Below are positions 1 to 9,913 of a stretch of 64,000 nt of DNA, one piece after another; position 1 is the first letter of the stretch, and every line of letters begins with the position of its first letter. A model generated the notes under the pieces. That model was not told the origin of the DNA. It was given only the letters and a program-made list of their open reading frames with translations, and did not search any database. The stretch is from an uncultured Staphylococcaceae bacterium (GTDB lineage: Bacteria > Bacillota_I > Bacilli_A > RFN20 > CAG-826). The stretch lies in contig CAYQCJ010000002.1 in assembly GCA_964416025.1 (NCBI GenBank), positions 3,025 through 67,024 of the forward strand, read 5' to 3'. A program made the position numbers and the translations under genes.

Positions 1-541
1 AAGCAACTGGTTTTCCTTCAGCTTTTAAAACTTCTGGGACACCATATGTTGAAGCATGAGCTCTATGGGCACTTCCGAAAGCATCCATAACAAATCCATC
101 AACGTAACTGGCCCATTCTTTTGATAAAGCGGCATCATTTTTGCTCTCGCCCTTTTCATAACGGGTATTTTGAACAAGTAAAACTTCACCTAACTTTAAA
201 TCAGCAATAGCAGCTTTTAATTCATCACCATGAGTAGCTCCACAGAATTTAACGTTGTGTCCAGCAATTAATTTCTTAAGTTCTGGATAAACAAATTCCA
301 TATTGTTTTTAGCTTTTTCATTAGCGATTTCTGCATCATCAACTTTACCCCATTTAATTTTTCCGAGGTGACTCATTAAAACAACAGCGTTGTTCTTTTC
401 TAATAAGTAGTTGATAGTTGGTAAAGCAGCGACAATTCTATTATTATCTCTAATTTCTTCACCTTTAAGAGGGACATTAAAATCGACTCTAACAAGAACC
501 TTAATATCATGTAAAGCACTTGTATTTTCAATTGTATGCAT
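1..541 (-). CDS. pgk: phosphoglycerate kinase, N-terminal ~180 codons (rest lies beyond the left edge)
   Basis: My own minus-strand translation from ATG 539-541 gives MHTIENTSALHDIKVLVRVDFNVPLKGEEIRDNNRIVAALPTINYLL..MSHLGK..VQNTRYEKGE..DAFGSAHRAHAST, which are typical PGK N-domain motifs. It is absent from the ORF track because it is truncated. Confidence 0.9.
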   Translation of the reverse strand, partial: MHTIENTSALHDIKVLVRVDFNVPLKGEEIRDNNRIVAALPTINYLLEKNNAVVLMSHLGKIKWGKVDDAEIANEKAKNNMEFVYPELKKLIAGHNVKFCGATHGDELKAAIADLKLGEVLLVQNTRYEKGESKNDAALSKEWASYVDGFVMDAFGSAHRAHASTYGVPEVLKAEGKPVA

Positions 542-554
542 ATATTTCTCCTTT

Positions 555-592
555 TTTAAAAAAAGGCTAATAGACGCTAGGTCCTTAGCCTT
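555..592 (-). terminator. Rho-independent terminator/attenuator between gap and pgk
   Basis: An 8-bp stem AAGGCTAA (563-570) / TTAGCCTT (585-592) is followed on the minus strand by a U-run (plus-strand A-run 558-564). Confidence 0.6.
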
Positions 593-604
593 AATTTACA
601 TTTC

Positions 605-1672
605 TTATTTGCTTAATTCAGCAAAATATTTGATTGTACGGACCATTTGGCTGGTATATGAATTTTCGTTATCGTACCAAGCAACGACTTGGACGTGATA
701 ATGATTGGCATCAATTTTACTAACCATAGTTTGTGTAGCATCAAATAAACTACCTTCTCTAATTCCGATAATATCAGATGAAACTAATTCTTCTTCTGTA
801 TATCCGAATGATTCGTTGGTATGTGCTTTCATATAAGCATTGATGATTGCTGGAGTAAGTTCTTTATCTGATTCGACAACAGCAACAAGAATTGTTGTAC
901 TGCCAGTCTTGACAGGAACTCTTTGAGCAGATCCGATTAATTTGCCATTTAATTCTGGAATAACTAATCCGATAGCTTTAGCAGCACCAGTGGAGTTAGG
1001 AACAATGTTCTCAGCACCAGCTCTGGCTCTTCTTAAATCACCTTTTCTTTGTGGTCCATCAAGGATCATTTGATCACCAGTATAAGCATGAACTGTTGTC
1101 ATGATACCACTGACGATTTTAGCTAAATTGTTAAGGTTGAAAGCCATTGGAGCTAAGCAGTTTGTTGTACAGCTAGCAGCACTGATAATTGTATCACTGG
1201 CTTTAAGAATTTCGTGATTGACATTATAAACAATTGTAGGAAGATCTTTTCCTGCTGGAGCAGAAATAATAACTTTCTTAGCACCGGCATCAATGTGAGC
1301 TTGTGCTTTATCTTTTGAACAGTAGAAACCTGTACATTCAAGAACGACATCAACATCTAATTTTGCCCATGGGCAATTGTGAGCATCTTTCTCAACATAA
1401 ATCTTAATTTCGTGTCCATCGACAGTAATTGATCCTGGTTCTAAAACGGTCTTGCCGTCTTCAGCTAAAACTGGTTCTTTTGAAGTAACTTTATCACATA
1501 AAGCATATCTTCCTTGGGCTGAATCGTATTTTAAAAGATGAGCTAACATCTTTGGGCTAGTTAAATCGTTAATAGCAACGATATCATAACCTTTGGCTCC
1601 AAACATTTGTCTGAAAGCTAATCTACCGATTCTTCCAAATCCATTAATAGCAACTCTTACATCTTTACTCAT
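605..1672 (-). CDS. gap: type I glyceraldehyde-3-phosphate dehydrogenase
   Basis: [12 protein letters not shown] motif and SCTTNCLAP catalytic Cys motif. I moved the start to ATG 1670-1672 (MSKDVRV), which follows AGGAGG (plus-strand cctcct 1685-1690). The track ORF extends to 1702. Confidence 0.95.
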   Translation of the reverse strand: MSKDVRVAINGFGRIGRLAFRQMFGAKGYDIVAINDLTSPKMLAHLLKYDSAQGRYALCDKVTSKEPVLAEDGKTVLEPGSITVDGHEIKIYVEKDAHNCPWAKLDVDVVLECTGFYCSKDKAQAHIDAGAKKVIISAPAGKDLPTIVYNVNHEILKASDTIISAASCTTNCLAPMAFNLNNLAKIVSGIMTTVHAYTGDQMILDGPQRKGDLRRARAGAENIVPNSTGAAKAIGLVIPELNGKLIGSAQRVPVKTGSTTILVAVVESDKELTPAIINAYMKAHTNESFGYTEEELVSSDIIGIREGSLFDATQTMVSKIDANHYHVQVVAWYDNENSYTSQMVRTIKYFAELSK

Positions 1673-1833
1673 ATATATAATTTTCCTCCTGAGTATTAAC
1701 AATTTAATTATAAACTTTAGTTTATAAGATTTAAAGCAATAAACTCTAAATTTAGTATTTTATTACTTATCTTTTTATTGGCGAAATTTCTTAGAAGTTT
1801 ACGCCTTAAAAATTTCGCGAATTCCAGTAAAAA

Positions 1834-2559
1834 TTACTTACTTTTGTGGAAAGTAACTTCCCCAGTTTTTAGAGACTTAATTTCGCCATCTTTAGTCTTA
1901 CAAATTAGGTGGCCATTTTGATCAATATCAGTGACTAATAAAGTCTCTTCTTTATCAATAACCCTTGCAAAGACCTCTTTATTTTTTAAATAGTTGTGTT
2001 TTTGAACATATTCAATGAAAGAATTGTCGCCTTTTTTAAAAGCATTTAAACATTCAAAGAAAAGGTTAACAATTTGATGAGTTATCATTCTTACATCGAG
2101 TTCAATCTTGCAGTTCATAAACATCGAGGTAGCGTTTGGTAAATCGCTAGGAAATTCCTTTTGATTTACATTTAATCCAATTCCTACAACTAAAGCGACT
2201 AATTCATTTATAGAAACACTCTCTAAAAGGATTCCACAAACTTTTTTGTCACCAATATAAACATCATTTGGCCATTTAATTGAAGCATTAAATCCCATGG
2301 TTTCTAAATAGGAACAAACAACCGCTCCAGTCATCAATGATAATAATCCGAAATTATCGAAACAAAATTTATCTTTTAAAAGGATAGAAAATGTCGCACC
2401 ATCGCCTTTATTAGCGACAAAAGAACGATCGAAGCGACCCTTGCCTTTTTCTTGAAAAAGAGCACTACAAACGGCTTCAGAATGAAGCTCATTGTAGTGT
2501 TCTTTAAGATATTTATTTGTTGAATCGATACTATCGAACTCTAAAAATTCTCTTTCCAT
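1834..2559 (-). CDS. birA: biotin--protein ligase, class I (no N-terminal HTH domain)
   Basis: GKGRFDRSF and KWPNDVYIGDKKVCGILLE motifs. It is only ~241 aa from ATG 2557-2559, and the first codon of the track ORF at 2589 is TTG. It lies next to bioY. Confidence 0.85.
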   Translation of the reverse strand: MEREFLEFDSIDSTNKYLKEHYNELHSEAVCSALFQEKGKGRFDRSFVANKGDGATFSILLKDKFCFDNFGLLSLMTGAVVCSYLETMGFNASIKWPNDVYIGDKKVCGILLESVSINELVALVVGIGLNVNQKEFPSDLPNATSMFMNCKIELDVRMITHQIVNLFFECLNAFKKGDNSFIEYVQKHNYLKNKEVFARVIDKEETLLVTDIDQNGHLICKTKDGEIKSLKTGEVTFHKSK

Positions 2560-3106
2560 AATAACTATATACGCAGGATTTACAAACAATCGCTACGCAA
2601 ATCTTCAATAAATCGAATGGAATATAAGGAACAATGAAGATTGATAATAAATAAGCAAAACTATAATCTAAACCTTTCATTGTATTTAAAATTAAATATC
2701 CATGTAAGAAACCAAAAGCATAAACAACTAATAAACAAGCTACACAAGCTAAAGCATCAACAACATAATTTGTTTGTATCTTGTTATCTAATTTTTTAAC
2801 GGCCCACATAGCGATAAGTCCAGGGATAAATCCATAAACAAATCCGAATGTTGGAGCAAAAACATATGCGAATCCCCCTCCAAATCCACTGAAGACTGGA
2901 ATTCCAATAAGTCCCATTACAATATACAAGACAACGATAATTAAACCTTCTTTTAAACTTAAAGTTAAACCAATAATAAAGATAACTAAAAGCTGAAGAG
3001 TGAATTTAATTAAACCGGTTTGTAAAGTCATAAAGGAACCGACAATCAACAAGGCTAAAAATATGGCGATTCTTGAAATCGAATCAATGACTTTTTTTGT
3101 TTTCAT
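2531..3106 (-). CDS. bioY: biotin transporter BioY
   Basis: A six-TM protein of ~190 aa with a BioY-type GGGFAYVFAPTFGFVYGFIPG segment, sited between oadB and birA. Confidence 0.85.
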   Translation of the reverse strand: MKTKKVIDSISRIAIFLALLIVGSFMTLQTGLIKFTLQLLVIFIIGLTLSLKEGLIIVVLYIVMGLIGIPVFSGFGGGFAYVFAPTFGFVYGFIPGLIAMWAVKKLDNKIQTNYVVDALACVACLLVVYAFGFLHGYLILNTMKGLDYSFAYLLSIFIVPYIPFDLLKICVAIVCKSCVYSYYGKRIFRVR

Positions 3107-3107
3107 A

Positions 3108-4346
3108 TTAGATAAAGTTTGCGATAGCTAACAGAATACCTGCAGCAACAGCACTTCCAATAACACCAGCGACATTTGGTCCCATAGCATGCATTAATAA
3201 GAAGTTTTCTGGATCTTCTCTTTGTCCTTCTTTTTGAACGACACGTGCAGCCATTGGAACAGCACTGACACCAGCGGCACCAATCATAGGATTTACTTTG
3301 CCATGAGTTGCCGCACACATAATCTTTCCGCCTAAAACACCGAAAGCAGTCGACATTGCAAAAGCAAGAATTCCTAAAACAAATATTAAGATGGTTTGAA
3401 GTGATAAGAAGTTGCTTCCAATAGCAGTTCCACCGACTGATAAACCAAGTAAAATTGTAACGATATAAAGTAAAGCATTTGAGACTGTAGTTACAAGATT
3501 TGGAACTACACCACTCTCTTTAATTAAATTTCCAAGCATTAAGCATCCAATTAATGGAGCACATGAAGGAACAAGAAGAATACAAACGACCATAACTATA
3601 ATAGGGAAAAGAATCTTCTCTTTTTTAGTGACAGGTCTCAATTGTTCCATTCTAATTCTTCTCTCTTTTCTCGTAGTTAATAACCTAATTATTGGAGGTT
3701 GAATAACTGGAACAAGAGCCATATAAGAATATGCAGCAATTGATATAGAAGCTAAGAATGTAGGAGCAAGCTTAGAAGTAACAAGAATAGCCGTTGGTCC
3801 ATCAGCTCCACCAATTATTCCGATACTAGCAGCAAGTCCGAAAGTCATATCTGGGAAAAGTCCCCATTCACCTAAAGCAATTGCACCAAGGAAGGTAGTA
3901 AAAATACCAAATTGAGCAGCAGCTCCAAGTAACATTGTCTTTTTATTAGCAATTAAAGGACCGAAATCCGTAGTAGCACCAATTCCTAAGAAGATTAAAC
4001 ATGGATATATTTCAAATTTAACTCCAAGATATAAATAATCAAACAAACCACCTTGACCTTTGCCTAATGCTTCCATTTGATCTGCAGTTGTAGGTGTTTC
4101 AATACCAGCAATAGACTTGGTTTGATTAAATATACCCATTAAATCAGGGAATAAGTTAACAAGTAACATACCAGAAGCAATTGGAATCAATAAATATGGT
4201 TCGTATTGTTTTTTGATAGCTAAGAATAAGAGGAGTAAGGCAATTAAAACCATTACGAGGTTTTGCCATCCACCATCTTGAAAGAAACTAGCAATGCCAC
4301 TTGTACTGAGGATTTGATCTATAATATCAACAATCTTATCCCACAT
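3108..4346 (-). CDS. oadB: Na+-translocating decarboxylase beta (membrane) subunit, OadB/GcdB/MmdB family
   Basis: A 412-aa polytopic protein. Its N-terminus (..GWQNLVMVLIALLLLFLAIKKQYEPYLLIPIASGMLLVNL) and the GADGPTAI segment are typical of the family. Operon context supports the call. Confidence 0.9.
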   Translation of the reverse strand: MWDKIVDIIDQILSTSGIASFFQDGGWQNLVMVLIALLLLFLAIKKQYEPYLLIPIASGMLLVNLFPDLMGIFNQTKSIAGIETPTTADQMEALGKGQGGLFDYLYLGVKFEIYPCLIFLGIGATTDFGPLIANKKTMLLGAAAQFGIFTTFLGAIALGEWGLFPDMTFGLAASIGIIGGADGPTAILVTSKLAPTFLASISIAAYSYMALVPVIQPPIIRLLTTRKERRIRMEQLRPVTKKEKILFPIIVMVVCILLVPSCAPLIGCLMLGNLIKESGVVPNLVTTVSNALLYIVTILLGLSVGGTAIGSNFLSLQTILIFVLGILAFAMSTAFGVLGGKIMCAATHGKVNPMIGAAGVSAVPMAARVVQKEGQREDPENFLLMHAMGPNVAGVIGSAVAAGILLAIANFI

Positions 4347-4350
4347 ATAA

Positions 4351-4716
4351 TTAACCTAAAATTACTAATGAATCACCAGTATTAACATTGGCGCCTTTAG
4401 CAACATTAATAGCTTTAACTGTTCCATCAACAGGAGCAACAACTTCGTTTTCAAGCTTCATAGCTTCGATAACAACAAGTGTTTGTCCTTTTTTAACGCT
4501 ATCACCAACAGCGACAGCAACTTTGATAACACCACCACCAATTGGAGCTTTGACAGCTCTTTCTCCTCCACTTATAGTGGCTGGAGCAGCGACAGGCTTG
4601 CTCTCAACTTTAGCGGCAGGAGCAGCAGCAGGAGCAGCGACAGCAGCGCCTTCCTCAACTGGCTCTAATTCAACTTCATAAACTTTTCCATTAACAGTAA
4701 TACGGTACTTTTTCAT
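4351..4716 (-). CDS. stand-alone biotin carboxyl carrier subunit of the decarboxylase
   Basis: Ala/Pro linker followed by a biotinyl domain with the EAMKLEN attachment motif. Confidence 0.9.
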   Translation of the reverse strand: MKKYRITVNGKVYEVELEPVEEGAAVAAPAAAPAAKVESKPVAAPATISGGERAVKAPIGGGVIKVAVAVGDSVKKGQTLVVIEAMKLENEVVAPVDGTVKAINVAKGANVNTGDSLVILG

Positions 4717-4733
4717 ATATTATTTCTCCTTAA

Positions 4734-5063
4734 TTATTTGATTTCCCTAATTGAAACAACTTTAACATTCTTCTTCATATCTTCTCTTCCAACAATGCTA
4801 GCAGCAATTACTGCTACCATCATGTCTTCATCAGTAACATCTTTTAAAGCGACCTTTTCGCCGACTTTAACTTTTTTAACTTTTTTACCGAAGGTTAATC
4901 CGGTTTTTGTTTCCCACATATTAATAAGTTTAAAAATTAAAGATGTAATACCAATAATCATCAAGAGGATTGCAAAAACCACAACAATTGCAACAAGTGA
5001 ATAGATTGCTCCATCACTTAAACTAACTGTAGAATTTCCATCAAAAACATTTATAAAATTCAT
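4734..5063 (-). CDS. small single-TM subunit, OadG-like (gamma)
   Basis: A 109-aa protein with one N-terminal TM helix, in the position between the alpha and carrier subunits. I recognise no diagnostic motif. Confidence 0.5.
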   Translation of the reverse strand: MNFINVFDGNSTVSLSDGAIYSLVAIVVVFAILLMIIGITSLIFKLINMWETKTGLTFGKKVKKVKVGEKVALKDVTDEDMMVAVIAASIVGREDMKKNVKVVSIREIK

Positions 5064-5074
5064 AAATATTCCCC

Positions 5075-6472
5075 CTACTCAATGATTGAGAATTCTTGAA
5101 CAACATTCTCATCAGCCTTTTCATTAGTTTTATCTAAACCATATTTCTTGGTTAAGAATTTTTTAGCAACTTCTTCGAATAATGCGATTGAAAGGACATC
5201 TTCATCACATTTTGCTAAATCTTTATATTTTTCTTTATAAGCTTCAAATTCTGGTTTAAGTAAATCGGCAGGTCTACAAGTGATTACTTTATCATCTCCA
5301 ATAATCTTATGTTGAACTTCTGGATCAATTTTTGCAGGAGCCTTTCCATAATTTCCGTGAAGATAATCTTTAATCTCTTGAGGAACCATCTTGTATCTTT
5401 CACCAGTCAAAACATTAAGAACAGCTTGTGTTCCGACCATTTGTGATAATGGAGTAACAAGAGGTGGATAACCTAAATCTTTTCTTACCTTTGGAACTTC
5501 TTTTAAAACTTCATCATATCTATCCATAGCATTTTGTTTCTTAAGTTGGGCCATAAGGTTGGAAAGCATTCCACCAGGAACTTGATATTTTAAAATGTTT
5601 GGATTAACACTTAAAACTTTTGGATTTAATAAGCCGTTAGCAAGATATTTATCTTTTACTTTGCCTAATTCAACTGAAGCTGCATCAAGCATTTCATCAT
5701 TAAGTCCTAAATCATATTTTGTATTTTTGTATGCATAATTAAAAGCTTGTGTCGAAGGTTGAGCAGTTCCGTTACTGATTGGCGAACAAGCAGTATCGAT
5801 AATGTCAACTCCTGCTTCAATTGCTTTTTCATAAGTTAATTCAGCAATTCCACCAGTGCAGTGTCCATGTAATTCAATAGGCACTTTGACGGCTTTCTTT
5901 AATTCTGAAATTAATTTAAAGGCATCGTTTGGAAGTAAAACGCCAGCCATATCTTTGATACAGATGGAATCAACACCCATTTTCTCTACCTTTTTTGCCA
6001 GTTTAACATAATATTCAACTGTGTGAACAGGACTTGTAGTATAACTTAAAGCAATTTGACAAATTCCACCATATTTCTTGGTTGATTTAACAGCTTGCTC
6101 CAAATTTCTAACATCATTCAATGCATCAAATACACGAATAATATCAATTCCGTTCTCGATTGATTTCTTTACGAACATGTCGACAACATCATCAGCATAG
6201 TGATGATAACCCAAAATGTTTTGGCCTCTAAAAAGCATTTGTAATTTTGTATTTTTACATACAGCACGGCATTGTCTAAGTCTTTCCCATGGATCTTCAT
6301 CAAGGAATCTTAAACAAGCATCAAATGTGGCACCACCCCAAATTTCAATGGCATAGAAACCAGCATTGTCCAAATACTTAAGAGCGCTAAGAATTTCTGG
6401 TGTAGTCATACGTGTAGCAAACAACGATTGATGGCCATCACGTAAACTTGTTTCAACGACTTTTACTCCCAT
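5075..6472 (-). CDS. oadA: oxaloacetate decarboxylase alpha-type carboxyltransferase subunit (no fused biotinyl domain)
   Basis: N-terminal VETSLRDGHQSL (HMGL-like TIM barrel) plus a PYC_OADA-like C-terminal region. The 465-aa length implies the carrier is encoded separately. Confidence 0.9.
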   Translation of the reverse strand: MGVKVVETSLRDGHQSLFATRMTTPEILSALKYLDNAGFYAIEIWGGATFDACLRFLDEDPWERLRQCRAVCKNTKLQMLFRGQNILGYHHYADDVVDMFVKKSIENGIDIIRVFDALNDVRNLEQAVKSTKKYGGICQIALSYTTSPVHTVEYYVKLAKKVEKMGVDSICIKDMAGVLLPNDAFKLISELKKAVKVPIELHGHCTGGIAELTYEKAIEAGVDIIDTACSPISNGTAQPSTQAFNYAYKNTKYDLGLNDEMLDAASVELGKVKDKYLANGLLNPKVLSVNPNILKYQVPGGMLSNLMAQLKKQNAMDRYDEVLKEVPKVRKDLGYPPLVTPLSQMVGTQAVLNVLTGERYKMVPQEIKDYLHGNYGKAPAKIDPEVQHKIIGDDKVITCRPADLLKPEFEAYKEKYKDLAKCDEDVLSIALFEEVAKKFLTKKYGLDKTNEKADENVVQEFSIIE

Positions 6473-6619
6473 AATTTTTACTCCCTTTTAAACCACTTTT
6501 GAAGAACTCTAGATTAAATAAAAGCACAATAAACAAATTAGACATAACGTTATAGTTTGTTGATTAGTTTTTAGGATCTAGATTTACCTTCTTTCAATTA
6601 TGATTTGTTAACGGTTTCC

Positions 6620-6637
6620 TTAACTTTAAAAAGTTAA
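6620..6637. promoter_or_regulatory. 18-bp palindrome TTAACTTT-AA-AAAGTTAA in the oad operon leader, flanked by GTTAAC motifs; candidate operator
   Basis: Perfect 8-bp arms read directly from the sequence. There are extra GTTAAC copies at 6607-6612 and 6633-6638. The binding factor is unknown. Confidence 0.3.
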
Positions 6638-6713
6638 CGAAATCGACTTTATTGTATCATAATATACAGGTACTTTTATAGTAATTTACTCTTAAAAATT
6701 GGTTTTTTTCTCT

Positions 6714-6742
6714 ACAAAAAATAGCCAATGAAAATTGGCTAT
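6714..6742 (-). terminator. Rho-independent terminator after the Na/Pi transporter gene
   Basis: A 9-bp stem ATAGCCAAT (6721-6729) / ATTGGCTAT (6734-6742) with a GAAA loop, followed by a U-run on the minus strand. Confidence 0.75.
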
Positions 6743-6760
6743 TAATTAAGGAAAAATTAC

Positions 6761-8491
6761 TCAATATCTATCTTTCATTTTTGCAAATTTTTCTTGTTCG
6801 CTATTATCGACAGAAATTTCTTTATCATTAGCAAATAATTTACAAATATTAGAGCAGTGTGAGAAGACTCTTGAATAAGCACTCATTAAGTCAGCATAAA
6901 CTAAATCGATAAATTTAGGATTCCCAGAACGTAATTCAAGAGAAGCATTTAAGTGATCAGTCACCAGCCCTTCGAGTTGAGCAACAATCGTTCTTCTAAT
7001 TTTAATAATCTCTAAAGCTTCGTTTTTATTTCCGGTATCATAAACATCCTTAGTTTTTTCAATAATTGAAATCGCTTTATTGTTAATATCGTTGATTAAT
7101 TCTAAAGTTTTGTCGTCTAATTTTTCTTTTCTTTCGTTTAAAGTTTCAAAATAACCAATTAAACTTTCACCATAATCTCCGATTCTTTCACAATCTTTTC
7201 CGGCTCTTAACATTTCTGAATATGTTTTAAATTCACCTTCATTCAATAATCCTTTATCCGCACTAAGTAAGAAAGCATTCAACTGTCTGTCAATTTTATC
7301 AATAGAATCTTCTAATTCATGACAATATTGCCCATCTTCTTCTGAAGGTTTATTAACATAAATTCCAATAGTTTTAAATTGATCAATAACTAAACCAAGT
7401 TCTTGAAGAAGTTGTTCGTTAGCTAAATAAAGTCCAGTTGATGGGAATTCTCTCATAACTCGATTATCTAATTCTTTAATTTGAATTGGTTTCTTTTCAT
7501 TGCCTTTATCAGGAATAATAAGCGTCATTAATTTACATAACGGTTTAATAAATGGAAAAACCAAAATCGTCATCGTTACATTAAATATTAAATGGAATAA
7601 AGCGATTGTAACCATTGGGTCAAAATAGAAAGTCAATGTTTCCATATTAACAAAGTTGTTAATGTCACCTGTCCAAAATTCAAAAGCATAATTTAAACCC
7701 ATAAATAAAATGGCACCAGTTACGTTAAAGAATACGTGGAATAAAGCTAAACGTTTACTCTCTTTACTTCCACCAATTGCTGAAATTATAGCTGTTGTTG
7801 TGGTTCCGACATTGGCTCCAAGAATAACTGGAATAACTCCAAATAAACTGATAGCTCCTGGAGTAGCCATATATAAGCCTTGCATAATACCAATAACAGC
7901 GGCACTTGATTGAATAACGGCTGAAGTTGCGGTTCCAACTAATAAACCAAGCCAAGGCATATCATCTAAGCCTCTAAATAATTCCATAAAAGCAGGTTGA
8001 TCAGCTAAAGAACTTAAGTTACTCATCAACATTAAACCAAAGAATATACAACCAATTGAGAACAATAAATCACCAATATTTCTGAATTTTCTTCGTGTTG
8101 TTAAAAGTAAGATAAAGGCGCCTATAAATAATAATAAGGATAAATAACTGCTAAAAGGAATAGCAATAATAAATGAAGTGATTGTTGTACCAATATTAGC
8201 ACCAATTATTATTGCAACCGCTTGAACAAGCGTCATAAGTCCAGCCCTAACAAGTCCAATTGTTAAAGCGGTTGTTGCGCTACTTGATTGAATTACGGCA
8301 GTAAAACCACAGCCAACAAAAAGACCTAAAAATTTATTGTTAGTACATTTCGTAATTATTTTCTTAAGTTTATCTCCAGCAATTCTTTTGATAGAAGTTG
8401 ACATGAAGGAGATACCAAAAAGGAATAGACCAAGTCCACCGATAATAATCGCCCAATACGAAAATCCTAAATCAGTATCCGTTAATATCAT
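6761..8491 (-). CDS. Na/Pi cotransporter family protein with C-terminal PhoU-like domain
   Basis: A duplicated QSSSATT / QSSAAV Na_Pi_cotrans motif sits in the polytopic N-terminal half, and the C-terminal tail is a soluble helical region. Confidence 0.85.
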   Translation of the reverse strand: MILTDTDLGFSYWAIIIGGLGLFLFGISFMSTSIKRIAGDKLKKIITKCTNNKFLGLFVGCGFTAVIQSSSATTALTIGLVRAGLMTLVQAVAIIIGANIGTTITSFIIAIPFSSYLSLLLFIGAFILLLTTRRKFRNIGDLLFSIGCIFFGLMLMSNLSSLADQPAFMELFRGLDDMPWLGLLVGTATSAVIQSSAAVIGIMQGLYMATPGAISLFGVIPVILGANVGTTTTAIISAIGGSKESKRLALFHVFFNVTGAILFMGLNYAFEFWTGDINNFVNMETLTFYFDPMVTIALFHLIFNVTMTILVFPFIKPLCKLMTLIIPDKGNEKKPIQIKELDNRVMREFPSTGLYLANEQLLQELGLVIDQFKTIGIYVNKPSEEDGQYCHELEDSIDKIDRQLNAFLLSADKGLLNEGEFKTYSEMLRAGKDCERIGDYGESLIGYFETLNERKEKLDDKTLELINDINNKAISIIEKTKDVYDTGNKNEALEIIKIRRTIVAQLEGLVTDHLNASLELRSGNPKFIDLVYADLMSAYSRVFSHCSNICKLFANDKEISVDNSEQEKFAKMKDRY

Positions 8492-8629
8492 TGTCTAAAT
8501 TATAAACGATAATTGCCAATTAAAAAGAATAAAAATGAAAAATCACAAGATTTTAATGGGGTTTTAATAAGCAAAAATCCCTCACTTTTCCAAAAAGACA
8601 GGGGATTAGCAAGGGATTTTGATTTTTTA

Positions 8630-9913
8630 TTAATTATTCTCTTTATTTAAATTTTCTTTAGCAATTGCTAACATCAATTTGATTCTATTTTCTTGGTTAA
8701 CCTTTGGAGCACCTGCATCATAATCAACAGCTACGATATTTGCGCCAGTTAACTCAACAACTTTTCTGATCATGCCTTTTCCAGCAATATGGTTTGGTAA
8801 GCATCCGAATGGTTGAGTACAAACAATGTTTTTATAACCATTATGGGCTAATTCCATCATTTCAGCCGTTAATAACCAGCCTTCTCCCATTTTGTCACCA
8901 TAACCAATTACACCTTTAACAAGGCCTTTTAATTCATAATAATGCGTTGGAGCCGTATATTCTTTATGAATCGAAATTGAATCAATAAGCATATCCTCAA
9001 CTTTTAAACAGTAGTTTAATAAGGCTTTACAAACCCATTTTTTGAAAATGTTTCCACCATATAATTTAATATCTTCAAGTCGATTATCAATTTTAAAATT
9101 AACGAAACTCAATAAACCACCAAGATAAACTTCGCAATCTTCTCCATGTAAGAAATCTTCAAGCGAATTATTTCCTAAAGCAGCATATTTAACGTAAATT
9201 TCTCCAACAATTCCGACCTTGACTTTCTTGACGCTTCTATCGCAAGGAATCTTACTAAAATCATCACTAATTTTATAAAGGTTTTTCTTAATATCTTTAA
9301 ACTTATAATCTTTCCCGTGATTCAATAAATCGACTATATGATCAGTCCGTTTTTTCAATAACCCCTGCGTATCCCCCTTATTTATTTCGTAAGGTTCAGT
9401 TTGGTTCTTTAAATACATTAAAGAATCTCCATAAATTACACCAGCGACAAGTCTTCTAATCATCTTTAAAGAAATATGAAAACCAGGATTCTTTTCAAGA
9501 CCAGATAAGTTGAGTGAAAGAACAGGAACATAATCTAAATCAGCTTTCTTCAAGCCTTTTCTTAAAAGATGAATGTAGTTACTTGCTCTACAACCACCAC
9601 CAGTTTGGCTAATCATTAACGCAACTTTATGAGTGTCATATTTTCCGCTTTGAAGAGCATGAATCAATTGTCCACAACTTAAAATTGCAGGATAACAAGT
9701 ATCGTTATGAATATATTTAAGTCCAGTTTGAGCAATTTCAGGTCCTTTAGTCGTTAATAATTCAGCATGATATCCTAAATTATTAAAAATTGGTTGAAGG
9801 ATTCTAAAATGAGTTTCCATCATCATAGGAAAAAGAATTGTATAGTTCTTTTTCATGTATTTAGAAAATAATAATCTACCAGTTTTTTTATCGTATTTTA
9901 ATTCACTATTCAT
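8630..9913 (-). CDS. 2-hydroxyacyl-CoA dehydratase-like / activase-associated protein, substrate unknown
   Basis: It is paired with, and overlaps by 8 nt, the upstream double-ATPase gene. I chose the start at the internal ATG (MNSELKY) because the track ORF begins at a GTG inside the upstream gene. Confidence 0.6.
   Translation of the reverse strand: MNSELKYDKKTGRLLFSKYMKKNYTILFPMMMETHFRILQPIFNNLGYHAELLTTKGPEIAQTGLKYIHNDTCYPAILSCGQLIHALQSGKYDTHKVALMISQTGGGCRASNYIHLLRKGLKKADLDYVPVLSLNLSGLEKNPGFHISLKMIRRLVAGVIYGDSLMYLKNQTEPYEINKGDTQGLLKKRTDHIVDLLNHGKDYKFKDIKKNLYKISDDFSKIPCDRSVKKVKVGIVGEIYVKYAALGNNSLEDFLHGEDCEVYLGGLLSFVNFKIDNRLEDIKLYGGNIFKKWVCKALLNYCLKVEDMLIDSISIHKEYTAPTHYYELKGLVKGVIGYGDKMGEGWLLTAEMMELAHNGYKNIVCTQPFGCLPNHIAGKGMIRKVVELTGANIVAVDYDAGAPKVNQENRIKLMLAIAKENLNKENN

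Noticed and set aside
4388-4681. 97-aa and 61-aa plus-strand ORFs antisense to the biotin carrier gene.
   Set aside because: They are low-complexity translations of the complement of the GC-rich Ala/Pro linker. They have no RBS and are fully nested in a confidently assigned gene.
6604-6642. The GTTAAC inverted repeats as a BirA (bioO-type) operator.
   Set aside because: The BirA encoded here is only about 241 aa and starts directly with the catalytic domain. It has no winged-helix DNA-binding domain, so it cannot be the repressor. I kept the site only as a generic candidate operator.
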